A stretch of DNA of 50,583 bases, the filler included, from Basidioascus undulatus (lineage: Eukaryota): assembly GCA_000826855.1 (NCBI GenBank). It is 3 parts of 3 records of this genome, joined end to end, with 100 filler letters (N's around TTAATTAATTAA, not from the genome) between each part and the next. Parts side by side here need not be neighbours in the genome. Positions count along the whole stretch, not along the records: positions 33,794 to 50,583 come from JTLS01000567.1; 2 more parts are not named here. One strand, written 5' to 3'. This document shows, piece by piece, positions 35,468 through 47,619 of the stretch (the first letter of the stretch is position 1; each line of letters opens with the position of its first letter). The notes beneath the pieces were generated by a model. That model was not told the DNA's origin, ran no database searches, and saw only the letters and a list, made by a program, of their open reading frames with translations. The translations under genes were made by a program, and so were the position numbers.

Positions 35468-38150
35468 TCACTCGGCCACCTTCAGCCCCTCGAACGACGC
35501 GTGGCCGATCGACTTCCAAAGCACCGCCATCGGGTCGATACCCGGCTTGCGCTCCTGGATGTTACCCTCAGCGTCCATCTCCCCGTACGACTCTTCCTCG
35601 GGATACTCGCCGCCCTGTTCCATGCCGACCTCCGCGTTGGTCAAGCCGAGTACGATGAGAAAGGGCATGGAAGACTCACCTCTAGGAAGACTTTGAGGAG
35701 CGCAGCCGAGTAGCCGGAGACGAGCGCCGTGCCTGGAATAGTCGAAGTGACGGGCTTCGAAGACGTCCCACCGAGGTTCCAGAAGACCTGCGAGATTGTC
35801 GAGCAAGCGTCAGCGCGCTGAGACAGGAAGGAAAGTTGTTCTGGTCGATAGACTCACCAGCTCAGGCAGCTTGTAGCCCCTCTCCTCAAACTCGAGCTTG
35901 ACCAGCTCGAAGTGCGTTTCGCCGTACGATGCGGCCTATCAGAGGGACCATTGTGAGCATGGCAGTCCATATCGGGACGAGGCTGAATGGTGGGGACGCA
36001 CCTGCTCAAACTCCATGTCGGAGAAGATGAAAAGGCGGCCGATCATCTGCTCGGGCGGAAGCTGCGCGGCGAGGGCCTTGTTGAGAATAAGGTGGAATAG
36101 CGCCACGATGCTGCAAAAGTGGAAAGAAATGCGTTCAGTAAGCCGAGTCTCTTCCAGATGCGTAAAAGGCGGCATTGCTCACTCGGTGTTCATTCCCCAC
36201 TCGGCGCTCTGTAGCGTCTGCACCTTTTGCTGAAAGGTCTGGGACAGGTCGAGCGTGACGAGCGAAGGCTGGGCCGAGAAGGTGAGGAAGGTCCCCTGGA
36301 ACGGCGGCTGCGCGATCTGAGCGAGGAGGAGCGAGAGACCGATCGCGCTGTCCATCGGGGTGGTACCGTCCTTGAAGCTGATGGAGAGTCTGTTGTCAGA
36401 GCGCAGACGCGGGAAATGACAAAAAGGAAACCGAAACGCACCGAGGAGACCCCATAGACCCGGAAACGTCGGCGACCGCCAGAGCGTCGGACAGCGTCCC
36501 AGCCTCGGCTACGGACTGCACGAGCGCCCCCCACTGCGCCGAGATGACCTCGCCAAGCCCGATACCGTCCCAACCCAGCTGCAGGTTCCGCATCTCGGCA
36601 ACGAGCGACGAGGGCGTGAGGGCAGCGCCCGCGATGTTGCGCTTGCCGAGCGCGACATCCTTGAGGTACTCCTTGAAGCGCTCGCCATCGTGTTCCAGAA
36701 AGCGCGGCTTGAGCGTCTTCATCGCCAGCGATGGCACGCGATCGTAGCGGATGCGGTCGTACGTCTTGGCCGACAGTTGGCGCTCGACGACGTCGATGTG
36801 GGCGCGGAGCGGGGAGAGGTACGCGCACTGCAGCGAGGCGAGAGCAGCGGAGAGGGAGACGTCGGGGAAGAGGAGGGCGGCAATGGAGGAGGTTATGAGA
36901 GTCTGGCGATCGGCGGACTTGTGAGGGGAGGGGGTCCATTTCGCTCCGAGCGAGATGGGGACGGGCGTGGCCGACGTGGACGCGGAGGAGAGGGCGGCCT
37001 TGTCGGCGAGGAGCTGCGTTGCGAAGATCTGGGCGACGCGGATGTGCAGGAGGCGATACCTTCAAGGAGGGAAAAGGTCAGCGCCAGCCCAAGGAACTCA
37101 TGAGAAGCTGACTGATGACGTACGAAAGATCCTTCCCGTACAGCTCTTCGACGTGAGCTTCCCGCTCTGCCTTCTTCTCCATTCTCTTCTCCCTAGCCTG
37201 CTCGCGCTCCTCCTTCCCGCGCCGGAGCGACTCCTCGACTCGCGCCGCCTTGGTTCGAGCGTACTCCTCCTCGTCCATGGCCTTGAGGGCCTCGTCCTGC
37301 TTCCGCTTCGCCTTGCGTACAGGAGCGCGAGCGGTACGGTCGGACTTGGAGCGTCGGTTCGGGCGAGAGTCGAGCGAGAGCGCGTCTTCAATGTCCGCGT
37401 CGAGACGAAGCGCGGAGGAGGATGCGAGAATGAGAATGTTGAGGAGATCCTTGTCTGATACGAGCAATAGAAGTCAGCAATGCTCCATACCCGAAACAAG
37501 CGTGTATTGAAAGTCGACTCATAGTAGCCAATCGACCGGGCATTGAAGGAGTCCGGCACGACGTCGTCCTCAAGCTCGACGACTCCCATATCGTCCTCCT
37601 CGGCGTTCTTCTTCTTTGCTGGCTTGAGCGAGGTAGGCTTGATGATGTGCTCGAGGTTCGCGAGGAACGTCCGCGGGCTTTTCTCCCTCAGCCAGCCGAG
37701 CGCGCGGTAGAACGTGATGCGCTCCCCCTTGCCGTTCGGGATGGAGCGGGCGTGGAAGATTATCTTGAGCGTCGCGAGGGGGTTCTTGCTCCATGACCCT
37801 TCGAGAAGGGAAGTGAGCTGGGCGCCGTCGACGGTCGCTTCGAGCGAGTGGAAGAGGTCGAGGTGGGGGTCGAGCGTCGAGATGTGCGTGAGACCCGCGT
37901 TTTGAGTGAGATGGAGGTTCGTGGATGGGTCAGGAGCAGGAGTCTCGGCCTTAAGAGCGGCGAAGAATGGGCTTGTCGCTGCGAGGGTCGTATCCCAGAC
38001 GCGTCGAGGCGCAGACGCCGACGTGGGGGCGCCGGCGGGCGGGGAGAGCGGCGATGTCGAGGTCAAAGGGAGCTGAGCGAGAAGCTCCGCGTAGAGGTCA
38101 GCTGAATGCAGCGCGGCGTCGAGGTGAACGTTCGACGACTGAAACGACAT
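35468..38150 (-). CDS. DUF2828-family protein (helical N-terminal region plus C-terminal vWA-like domain); first intron has a non-canonical donor
   Basis: Motifs STLDPHLDLF, NPLATLKIIFHARSIPNGKGE, GYYKDLLNIL, SLGAKWTPS, IRYDRVPSLAM, AVADVSGSM, FLTFSAQP, EWGMNT, LFIFSDMEF, LPELVFWNL and ALVSGYS. The frame is intact if intron 37455-37522 is spliced. Confidence 0.85.
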
Positions 38151-39204
38151 GATGTGGTGATCGTAGCAAACAGTCAGCGGACCGAGTATCTGCTGAAAGC
38201 ACGAAAGTTACCACAGGAGCGAAGGCGGCGGTGGGGAGAGGCAAGAGCCAAGGAGTCACAGCACAGCTTGCACCCGAGGCATTGAATCGGATCCTGATGT
38301 GGCACTGCCTTCAGCGTTCTTTGTCTTGGGCCTTTCGACATCAGAGATGTCAAATTAAACTGTTCCACTGATTGAATTCCAAACGTCGCTTTCCATTGAC
38401 GAGGCAGGTGCTCGACGACTGTGCAGTACTCGGCTGCAATCTTCACAACGATTGAACGATCCCCCCCTTCGGACGTCAGTGTTGTTCCCAAATCCTGGTA
38501 GAGAATTTGAATCTGAAATGTTTTCCTTTTTGTCCCTCTGCTAAATCTAAGTCAACCTCTTGCTAAACCGCTGCTAAATAGTCATCCAAGAGGCAGGACC
38601 GACCGACAGGGACACAGATGGACCTGATGCGCTTGGACGTGTCATCGGAGGCTCATAAGATGTCTTACTTCCCTGTGAGAGGTTAAAATATATTAAATCC
38701 GGAGGCGCTCTGGAACTGGCTCATTGGCCTGAACGGGAAAAGCTCCGGCTCGCGGAGTCCAGCGTGAGGACACAGAAACCGAGTGTACCTGACGAATAAA
38801 TGGCAGTCTGCCGCCGATGACTTACCCCAAAGCTGCAACACTCGAAATAATTACCTCGGTACACTCTCGTTGGTGATGTTGTGGTTTTGCTTCAGGTCCA
38901 TCTCATGACATTGCTAGTTAGCGCCAGGCGTGCAAGGAGCATGTTTGTCGAGGATGCGATCGCCATCTTGCGCATGTTTGAGAGACTTCTAGAGTTCACC
39001 CAGTGGTGCCAAGAGAATTTTTCTGACGCTGGAGCAATTCTCTCGAAGGGATTGCTGCGAAAGTGCTCGGGGACGCACGCGCTTGCTTTCAAAGTGAGGA
39101 TCGCAGCCAGCCGCCGCACACATAAAGGTAGGACGGCGTGTCATTTCCCTCTCACCATCACCACAGCACAGCAGCCACCGCATCCATCCCACAAGACATC
39201 CACA

Positions 39205-39871
39205 ATGCTCTCCACTGAGCAGAACAAGGCGGTCATCGCGAAGTACTTCGAGGTAACGATGCTGGTCAGAGTGTACGTTGGCTCAGTCGACTAGCCACCT
39301 GCTCGGTCTGCAGGAGTACTGGGGGAAGGGCAACGTCGACATCGTGCGCTTCTTCTGCCATCCCTCTTTTTGAGACGGTACTTAACCTGCTTATGACCTG
39401 CCCCTTCCAACAGGTTGACGAGCTCTGCGCTCCGGACTACCTGATTCATTACCCGATGCACGGCCCAAAGGTGCGCTGCTACGATTTCCCAAGCCCTCAA
39501 TGTTAGCCACTCTTATACTCATGATGGCACTGCTTTCATGTCAGCACGGCCGCGAAGCGTCGAAAAAGATGCTCTCCGACTTCCGTGAGGCGTTCCCCGA
39601 CCTGACCTTCTGGGCGATCGGCCCGCTCATCGCTGAGAACCTGCCCGAGGGCGAGTTCGTCGTCGGACGCTGGGACGGCGGCGGAACGCACACGGGCGTC
39701 CCGTTCTCGGACCTCCCCGTCGGCTCCCTGCCCACCCTCAACTCGGGCAAGAAAATTCGCTTCACGGGCACGACGGTGTTCAAGCTCAAGGACGGCAAGA
39801 TCGTCGAGGAGATCGGAGAGGAGGGCGCGTTCACGGCGCTTCAGCAGCTCGGGCTAGTTCCTCAGGCTTGA
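39205..39871 (+). CDS. SnoaL-like ester cyclase (NTF2-like fold), 4 exons
   Basis: MLSTEQNKAVIAKYFE/EYWGKGNVDI/VDELCAPDYLIHYPMHGPK/HGREASKKMLSDFREAFPDLTF...VVGRWDGGGTHTG...GKKIRFTGTTVFKLKDGKIVEE. Confidence 0.9.
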
Positions 39872-41321
39872 AGATTACCTCGGACACATTGAATAAGCCA
39901 TGGTAGATGTCTTTTTGGTTGCGCTCGTGTGTCTGCCTGTTTTCCCGTCTGTCTCCCTTGCCTGCTTGCGCGTGTATTCTTCCACTGGGCGACAGAGCAA
40001 CCGAGGGATTTGAGGGTTGGAGTACACCACCAAAGAACGTAATTTACACAACCCCTATTAAAATTGAAGAAATATGCAAGTAAATCTGCCCATGGTAACC
40101 GAGGCAGGACGAGCATGGCGGTGAGAACGTCGACTCAAGTTGCCTTCTGACGAGCTGGCAGTCAGACCAGCTGTTTCGTACAGACAGACGATTTACGCAT
40201 GTCCTTCACACAGCGAGGCATATTTTAATGTCAATAAGGGAAACTTAAGCCTGCTTGTGAAAGCACTCATGCAGTTGGCGAGCGCACCCTTCTTGAGAGG
40301 CTCGCATCCCGACGGATGCTAAATTCTGGTGGTGCACCCACGAACTCGGCTCCTCCGAAGTGCCCACGTTGAGTGGCTTAACAAACCCTCTCCTGATCTA
40401 CTTCAGTGATAACAGTCCCCATAAACAAACGCCGTACCCCTTCATCGCGAACCGACAGCGAGTCCAATCCCCGTTGACGCCTGAGACAACGCCACTGAGC
40501 CTCGGACCGACTCTCGTCGCCAGGTCCTTGGTTCTCGGTTCTCGCTCGGCCTTCCCTCTTCTTGCCTCTTAATTTTTTGCATCCCTACATGGTGGTGGCC
40601 AGGCGCCGGCGGCTTCGGCCCCAGTGATAAAGGGGAGAGGCACACGTGCAACGATGATGGTGAGGTTGATAATACAGAAGAGACGACAGCTGTCACGAAG
40701 AGGCGGATGCGCTTTATACATCCCTGTTCATTGGGAGGCCGAGTTTGAGACGTGATCAAGAGAATGAATGCACGGGCGCAAAGAGACTGGTGCTCGACCT
40801 CCCCATCTCCCGCGGCACTCCGGCCTCCTACCTCCCCCGCGCACCCCGCCTCCCTCCACGCGGCGCTCCGATGGCTGCTCAACGAGAAGCGCGTGATCCT
40901 GGCGAAGGCGAAGGGAGAGGCGGCACCGACTGGAGGCGAGGCTGGCGGAGGTGCAGTGGGTTGTTGATGGCCGAGTCAAACAGGCGTATCGGGTCCCTCG
41001 CGATCGCTTGGTTGCGCTCCACAGCGACATCCAGCACGCGAGGCGTACCACAGACAGCTTTTTTAATTGAGGTGAATCTCGATGAAGCGTGTGTGCATGG
41101 AGAGAGCGGAGGAAGAGGATGCGGCGGCGAGCTTGAGCAGCGTGTTCCACTTTCACGTGGTGCCGTGCTCGCGCCGGCCCTTAACCAAAAGCGAGGCACG
41201 CATTAAGGCCTCGCACTTCCCAACCGGGTCGCTTCCACGGATGTTCCGCCCCGCACCTCCACTTTCCAGCGTCGCGCTCGTACGCGTCCTGCTTTCCACC
41301 CGTTACGTTGACCGCAGAGCC

Positions 41322-43806
41322 ATGTCGAACTTGTGCGCACATTCCCATGATACATGCACGAGAGCACTCATCATGAATGCGATACGGTACGCAGGTACAT
41401 CACTGAACCTCACTGCACAGGGAAGGTGGCTTTGGACACCACGGTGGGCGAGATCGAGGTGCGCTGCTCGTATTGCCGTCCGAGCGCGAGAGTTTAGGAT
41501 AGCTGACGCTTGAGGACGATGGGGATTGCAGATTGAGTTATGGGGCAAGGTACCGGCTTGAGAGCGGGCATGAAGGCGCGGCGGCACGCGTGAGATGGGA
41601 GGCTGATGGAGAGACTGGGAGGGGTCGTGCAGGAGGCGCCGAAGGCCACGAGGAACTTTATCGCGCTATGCATGGAGGGTGAGTCTTCTTTGTACTTAAT
41701 TTGCAGCGGACTGACAGACCTGTGCGGTCATCAGGGTACTATGACAACTGCATCTTCCACCGGTCCGACTTGACCTGCTCCCTCCTTCGCTATGCCACCC
41801 CGCGCCTTAATTCCTTCCCCTTTTACTCCTCAGAGTTGTTCCCGGATTCATTGTCCAGACTGGAGACCCTACCGGCACGGGCATGGGCGGCGAGTCCTTC
41901 TACGGCGGTATGTACCCTTTTCTCCAGATCTCTCCGCTCCTCAAGCTCAAGCCTTCGCATCTCGCCCTCTCCTCAACCTTCCAGAGCCATTCGAAACCGA
42001 GCCGCACCAGCGCCTACGATTCAACCGGCGCGGGCTTGTGGGCATGGCGCACACGCTCAACCCGGACGAGGGCGGTGCGAAGAGGGGGACAAACACCAGC
42101 CAATTCTTTATCACCATGGATGCGTGCGTCCTCCAATCTCCCCTGCCTTTCCCTTCTTTTGTTTATTTATTCCTTGGTACTTATGATGAGATGGCGGGTG
42201 TGAAGGACACCCGAGCTGACAGGTAGCAATACCTTGTTCGGGAGAATCGCGGGCGACACCGTGTTCAGTGCGTTCCATCGTCCCTCCGCCAACAACCTCC
42301 ATCTAACCTGTCCGATTTCACCCCATCCAGACGCACTCAAAGTCGGCCAATTCGAGACAGACGCGGACGAGCGACCTCTGTAGTGCGTGTGTTTCCCACC
42401 ACCCATCCCTTTTCCTCTCCTTCGCCTCTACTAACCTTGATACACCCAGCCCTCCTAAGATCCGCTCCGTCCGAATCCTAATCAACCCCTTCGAGGACAT
42501 CGTCCCGCGCATTACTCCCGCCGAGCGCGCCGCGCAAGCTGCCGCGCGGGCTGCGCGCGCCAAAGAGCGGGAGCAGGAGATTGCGAAGCTGGAGCGGAAG
42601 AAGTTGAAGAAGTGGGTCCTCTCCGCTTCCACACCTCTTTGCGCGTGTCTGACGAAGAGGGGGTGGGAACAAAGGAATGTCGGCCTGCTGTCCTTCGGCG
42701 AAGAAGCGGAAGCGGAAGACGCCGCGCCCTTGACGCTCAAGGCCAAGGTCAAGTCGTCCCACGACCTGCTCGACGACCCGAGCCTGTCCAGGACGCCCGA
42801 GCGCGACATCGGCGGCGTCGTGCCTGGCGTCCCGCAGGGCTTGCCGAGGGAGGCGAAGTCGCGGAGAGCGACGGCGGAGGAGGAGGGGAAGGGGAAAGAA
42901 AAGGAGAAGACGGATCTGAGGAAGCTCAGGGAGGAGAGGGAGAAGGCGATGCCGGGTTCTGCGTGCGTGTTCATATCTGGTCCCTTTACTCCCTCTCTCT
43001 CAAGGATGCATTGCTGACTTTTCCTCCCACTACAGAGCGGCACGCCGAGCCGAGATCGAGCGCGCCCAAGCAGCCATCCGGAAGCTCGACCGCCGCCGTC
43101 GTCGGGGGTCCGGCTCGTCCGCGTCCTCCGACTCTTCAGACGAGGATGAGGCGCAGCGCAAGAAGAAACTGAAGCCGGCCGTCTCGTACCTCGACGAAGC
43201 GCGCGCAGCGTATGTTCCGCGCGGGGCAGCGCCTGCGGGCCGCAAGGCGAAGCGCGAGAAGGAGGACGGCGTGCTCGGGAGGCTGAAAAGCTTCCAGGCA
43301 CGGTTGGGCGGGGTGGCGGTAGCGCCCGAGTCGGAGGATGAGGGCAAAGGGAAGGGGAAGGAGGAGGAAGGAAAGGAGAGGGAAGAGGGTGGAGAGGAGA
43401 GTGAGGGCGACGATGAGGGTTGGATGAGCCACATGTTGAAGAGCAATCAGGCGGCCGAGTTGGAGGCGGAGCAGGTCCGTCTCTCCTTCGTTCTTCTTCC
43501 TCCCCTCTTCCTTCACTCTCGCTCAAACACCCCGCTCCGAAACTTTAGGTTCGCCGCGCCGAAGCAGAATACGACGTCGTCGACCCGCGTGCCAAGGCGC
43601 GCGCGCTCCAGCGCGGGAACAAGGACCGCGACCGCGTTGGCCCCGTCGCGGGCGCGTCGTTGATTACGCCCCATGCGCGGGTGTCTACGGGAAGGAGGGA
43701 CGGTGGAAGCAACAGGAGGGACAGGGGCGCGGACGTCCCGGGGACTGATAGGTGGGAGAGGAAGTTGGGGTACGGGGGTGGGGAGCGAGGTGGGGGCAGG
43801 CGATAG
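41322..43806 (+). CDS. CWC27: Spliceosome-associated cyclophilin CWC27
   Basis: [124 protein letters not shown] and YDVVDPR. Stop TAG at 43804-43806. Confidence 0.93.
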
Positions 43807-44714
43807 AGGAAGGGGAAGGATGCATGGGGATGCCGAGGTAATGGGAAGGCGTTGTCAGTTGAGTGATTAATATTCTGGCTATGAAAGCCTGAAGGAAACC
43901 GCTCTTCAACACTCCGCCATGGAGATGTGTGCGATCCCCTGCCGGACAGGACTGCCGCATTGTTTTCAGGACTCTGAACGGCAACTATTGCTATAACGCC
44001 ACCAAACAGTTTACCCGATGCTGTGCAGTTTGCAACCTGGTTCTGTATTGCGTGCTCTTGCTGCGATGGGTCAGCACGGTTTTTTCATCCCTAGCTCCGC
44101 CGGGGTCTGCAGAGACTCTTCTGGCTTTCTGTTCTGTGATGAACCACACGACTTAACATGCAGGCTCAACTTAGGGTGGATAATAGATTGAGGATAAGCA
44201 GTTAAGGTACTTGCCCTACGGAGTATCTGGACCTGCGCTTGGGCATGCTGCTCTTCGATGATCGACGTGGTGAAATACCTCCTATCATTAATATGAGCAG
44301 AGGCCTTCAAATTTTGGCGCCCTTTGCACTGAGACTGCGTGGTCTGGACACCATGTTCGTGGAAGATCGACCGAGACGGAGAGGGGCTAGCGCTCGAACT
44401 CGTTAGCGGTCGACAGACCCAGTTCTAGACCATTTCAAGTGATCACTCAGAAGAGGTTATGTTGAAATATATGGATATGGAGGGGTGTCCAGCACCAGAG
44501 AAAGGAGAAATGTTGCCAGGCGCGTGTACGGTCAGTGCAGCGACGGCAGGCAGCGCCGCTGTTGCGAGCGCTTATGCCTGTTCGAGGTCGAGGTCCCGTT
44601 CTTTCCGTCCCGGGATATCGTTCCTCTGATGTCGGAAGTCTCAGCCGGACTCAGTCTGCATGAACTTTGAGCCACCCAGTGCGGAGCAGTGACTGGTTTG
44701 GTAGGCGGAGAAGC

Positions 44715-46183
44715 TTACTGGGCGCCATGCTGTTGAGGAGGTACCAGGCTAAGCAGGCGTTGATAGAAAAACTGCGGAGCATGAAAAGTCTTGAGGCCCC
44801 AAACTTACAGTGAACCCAAAGGAGCTCTGGTATACGGGCGGGTTGGGTGCATCCTCAAAGTGGTTCTTGCGTTCGGCCATCTTCCAGTCTAGTCAGAGAA
44901 ACGCTCCGGATTAGCCGCACAACGATTGTGTTTTGTGGAAGACAGGGTAGAGCTTATAGGTGAGCTGTTTGGCTTCCGTCACGCACTTAGACGAGTCGTC
45001 CGTGCAATCGCAGTGCCTTTGGCGTCGGACACGCTGCACTGTAGATCGATCCCAAGGACGCCCTGTTAGCTGCGAAGGCTTGAAGTATGAAGGCACGGAA
45101 TAAGGGGCGTACGCGGTACGTGATATGTTGGGTTTGAGCAGTGCCACCCCTGTGGATCCTCCCTGGTCAGCGTTGTTCACGGACCCGCTCACTCGACGGA
45201 GTGGATCCATGACCGCGCGCTGCCCATCCTCCATTAAGCTTAATGTTTCCAAAGTGCAATCTGGGCCACATACCAGTGACATCCCCCTTCAGGGCAAGCA
45301 GGCATAGCTTCGGGCACGTCGAAGTTGACGACATGTTCTGTTCGCGAGTTCGTGAATCGGTGCATGGTGGCGCTTGAGGCAACACGCACGCCAAGGGCAA
45401 TCGTACTGGACACTGAACACCGCAAAGTCCTCGGGCTCAATCTTGTCTGGGTCAGACTAGTATGCGATCGCGAGGGCGCAGCCCTTCACGTCTGAGCAAA
45501 AAAGTCTACAACTTCCTCAGTATCTCGATCCTTAGGAGGCAAGTCACATCCGCTCACTTGAGTGACCGCTTGTATGCATAACCCTTAAAACAGTTTAGAG
45601 AGGTGCGGCAATCATGAAACCACGAGCAGCTTGAAGAAGCAGCTTACCCTCAATAGTTCTGGTCGTTCTCTCTCGACCAGTCCTAGCAGCTGTCCGGTCC
45701 CAGCGGACAGTCGCTCGTCTGTCTTCCATAGCTAGAAAAGGTTGTATCACGAAATGGAGAGTTAGCAGGACTCTCAGGCCTAGTATGAACACTGGTTTTA
45801 GACCTTTGTTCGTGGTTACCTCCAGCGCGACCTTTCCCCCCGCCGGAAACGTCGACGAACACGCCGTCCGGTGGCGCGAAATCTTTGTATCCATGAAACC
45901 ACCGCTTGTCTTCCCAATCTCCCCTTCAATTCAGTTCAAGAACGAGAGAGCAGGGACACAACCCGCAGATTTAGAAGCGACGACACAGTAAAGCGGTGTT
46001 CGGGATCGGAAGACCGGGCTCGACACGTAGTTTGGAAGGGGGGACCAGCTTGAGGTATACAACTCATCATGATTATTTGGCTCAGAAGGCGAGGTAGAGC
46101 GCAGAGTTGCGCGTGGAACGCAGTCAGCACCGTGACACCTGCAAAGGTAACGTGTCCAGTCTGGCACCCAGGGCACTTCTCAT
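44715..46183 (-). pseudogene. AA14-family lytic polysaccharide monooxygenase pseudogene
   Basis: Motifs WFHGY..APPDGVF/FPAGGKVALEVTTNK, DVKGCALAIAY*SDPDKIEPEDFAVFSVQYDCPW, FDVPEAMPACPEGGCH, SWIHS, KCVTEAKQ and PPVYQSSFGF/HGAQ. Stops at 45457-45459 and 46082-46084, plus frameshifts. Confidence 0.85.
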
Positions 46184-46299
46184 CGATGATTCTCGTGGAG
46201 GCCAGATATTGATATGGAATAAAAAATATGCATGTACTGTCTGTTGAATCCAGCAGAGACCGTGATTTAGTTATTACTGGGCTAGGAAAGTGGGTTTCA

Positions 46300-47619
46300 A
46301 CGTACCTTCGCTGTTGTCGTCGTCTTGCGTGACCTGTAGCGCATGAAGCGGATGATGTCAGGCAAGTGGAAACCAGCGATCGCAATGAGAGCGTGCGTAC
46401 CTTATCCTCGATTTCAATCGACAATCCTTTCCGGGTCCTAACGCCGTCCCTGTTCTTGAAGTGCAGGATGTCTGGAGCTCGACCAGCAAGGCCGCATTGT
46501 GTTAGTCCAGTCCACGCAACGACATGATGTTATCTCATGCGCACCGCCGGCCAATTTTAACGAGATAATTGCCCTTGAGCTCCCCCTCTGAGTTCACTTC
46601 TCGAAGATGCCCGCAATCTCCTCGTTCGAGTAACCGAAAGTTTGGTGCAGAAGCGCGTGCGCTTCGCAGATGACCGACAGCTCGCCTTGCTCGACGCCAT
46701 TGTGCGCCATCTACGCAGAGCGAATAAGCGCATGCGCTCAATCTCTGTCAGCGACAAAAAGGAACGTAATGTGAATATTTTCTTACCTTAATGAAATGTC
46801 CACTCCGGCAAGGGCCGATGTACTGCACGCACGGCTGCCCGTCTCGGGTCCTTCGTGGTCCACTTTTTAGGAGTGGTTCGACTATGTCGTACGCCTCTCG
46901 GTTACCACCGGGACTGATACTGGGACCTGAATATATTTAAGATTCCGCAACCAGTCAAAATCCCCGCGATCGGTTCCCAGGTACGTACCTTGCCGTGCCG
47001 CTTGATAGCCGCCCGACACGCCGCTACCGATGTAGTGAATGCCAGACCCTCGCAACGAGTCTTGACGCCGCTCGGTGTCTGCAAGAGGTGTAAATTATAT
47101 CATAAATACTATGTGTGCATCCTGAGCACGAGAACTCACTCTTGTACCACTCCTTTCCGGCGTCGCTGTAGACAAGTGAACGGTCAGTCGCCGTAATCTG
47201 GCCGTAGGTGCACGTGGAGACATGCTGGACTTACACTTACATCCCCCTGCTTCAGGTGAAGCACCAGATCTTTAAGTACCCCCTCTGCGACGCTCCCATT
47301 GGGCAAGTTGAACACGATTACGCGAGGCTTGTCCACCCTAAAGCTCGCCGCGAACTCCTCGAGGTTCTCGTAGCCCTCCACGGACCCGTCCGGAACCGTG
47401 TCCGTCTTCTTGACCTGCTCCAGGGCTGCATCGACCATATCCTTTTGATATCGAAGTACGAGATATGTGAGTCGTGCTCGGCGAACAGCAGTGTCATTCC
47501 ACCTGTGGATGCGGATGCTTCAGCACTGAATCGCAACATCGAATTCTGAGAAAGTCTCACATGGACCCCATGCCAACCACGCCGACCTCTGATCTTCCGG
47601 AGCCGTATTTGGGGGCCAT
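46300..47619 (-). pseudogene. 6-phosphogluconate dehydrogenase-like pseudogene, 3'-truncated
   Basis: VGVVGMGSM.GGMTLLFAEH, HLKQGD, DAGKEWYKNTERRQ, HYIGSGVSGGYQAAR, GPSISPGG, PCVQYIGP..SGHFIK/MAHNGVEQG and IEDK/VTQDDDNSEGT. Frameshifts near 47440, 46866 and 46595; no recognisable C-terminal part. Confidence 0.85.

Noticed and set aside
40650..41250. GC-rich, coding-looking stretch upstream of CWC27
   Set aside because: No coherent frame, splice pattern or known motif.
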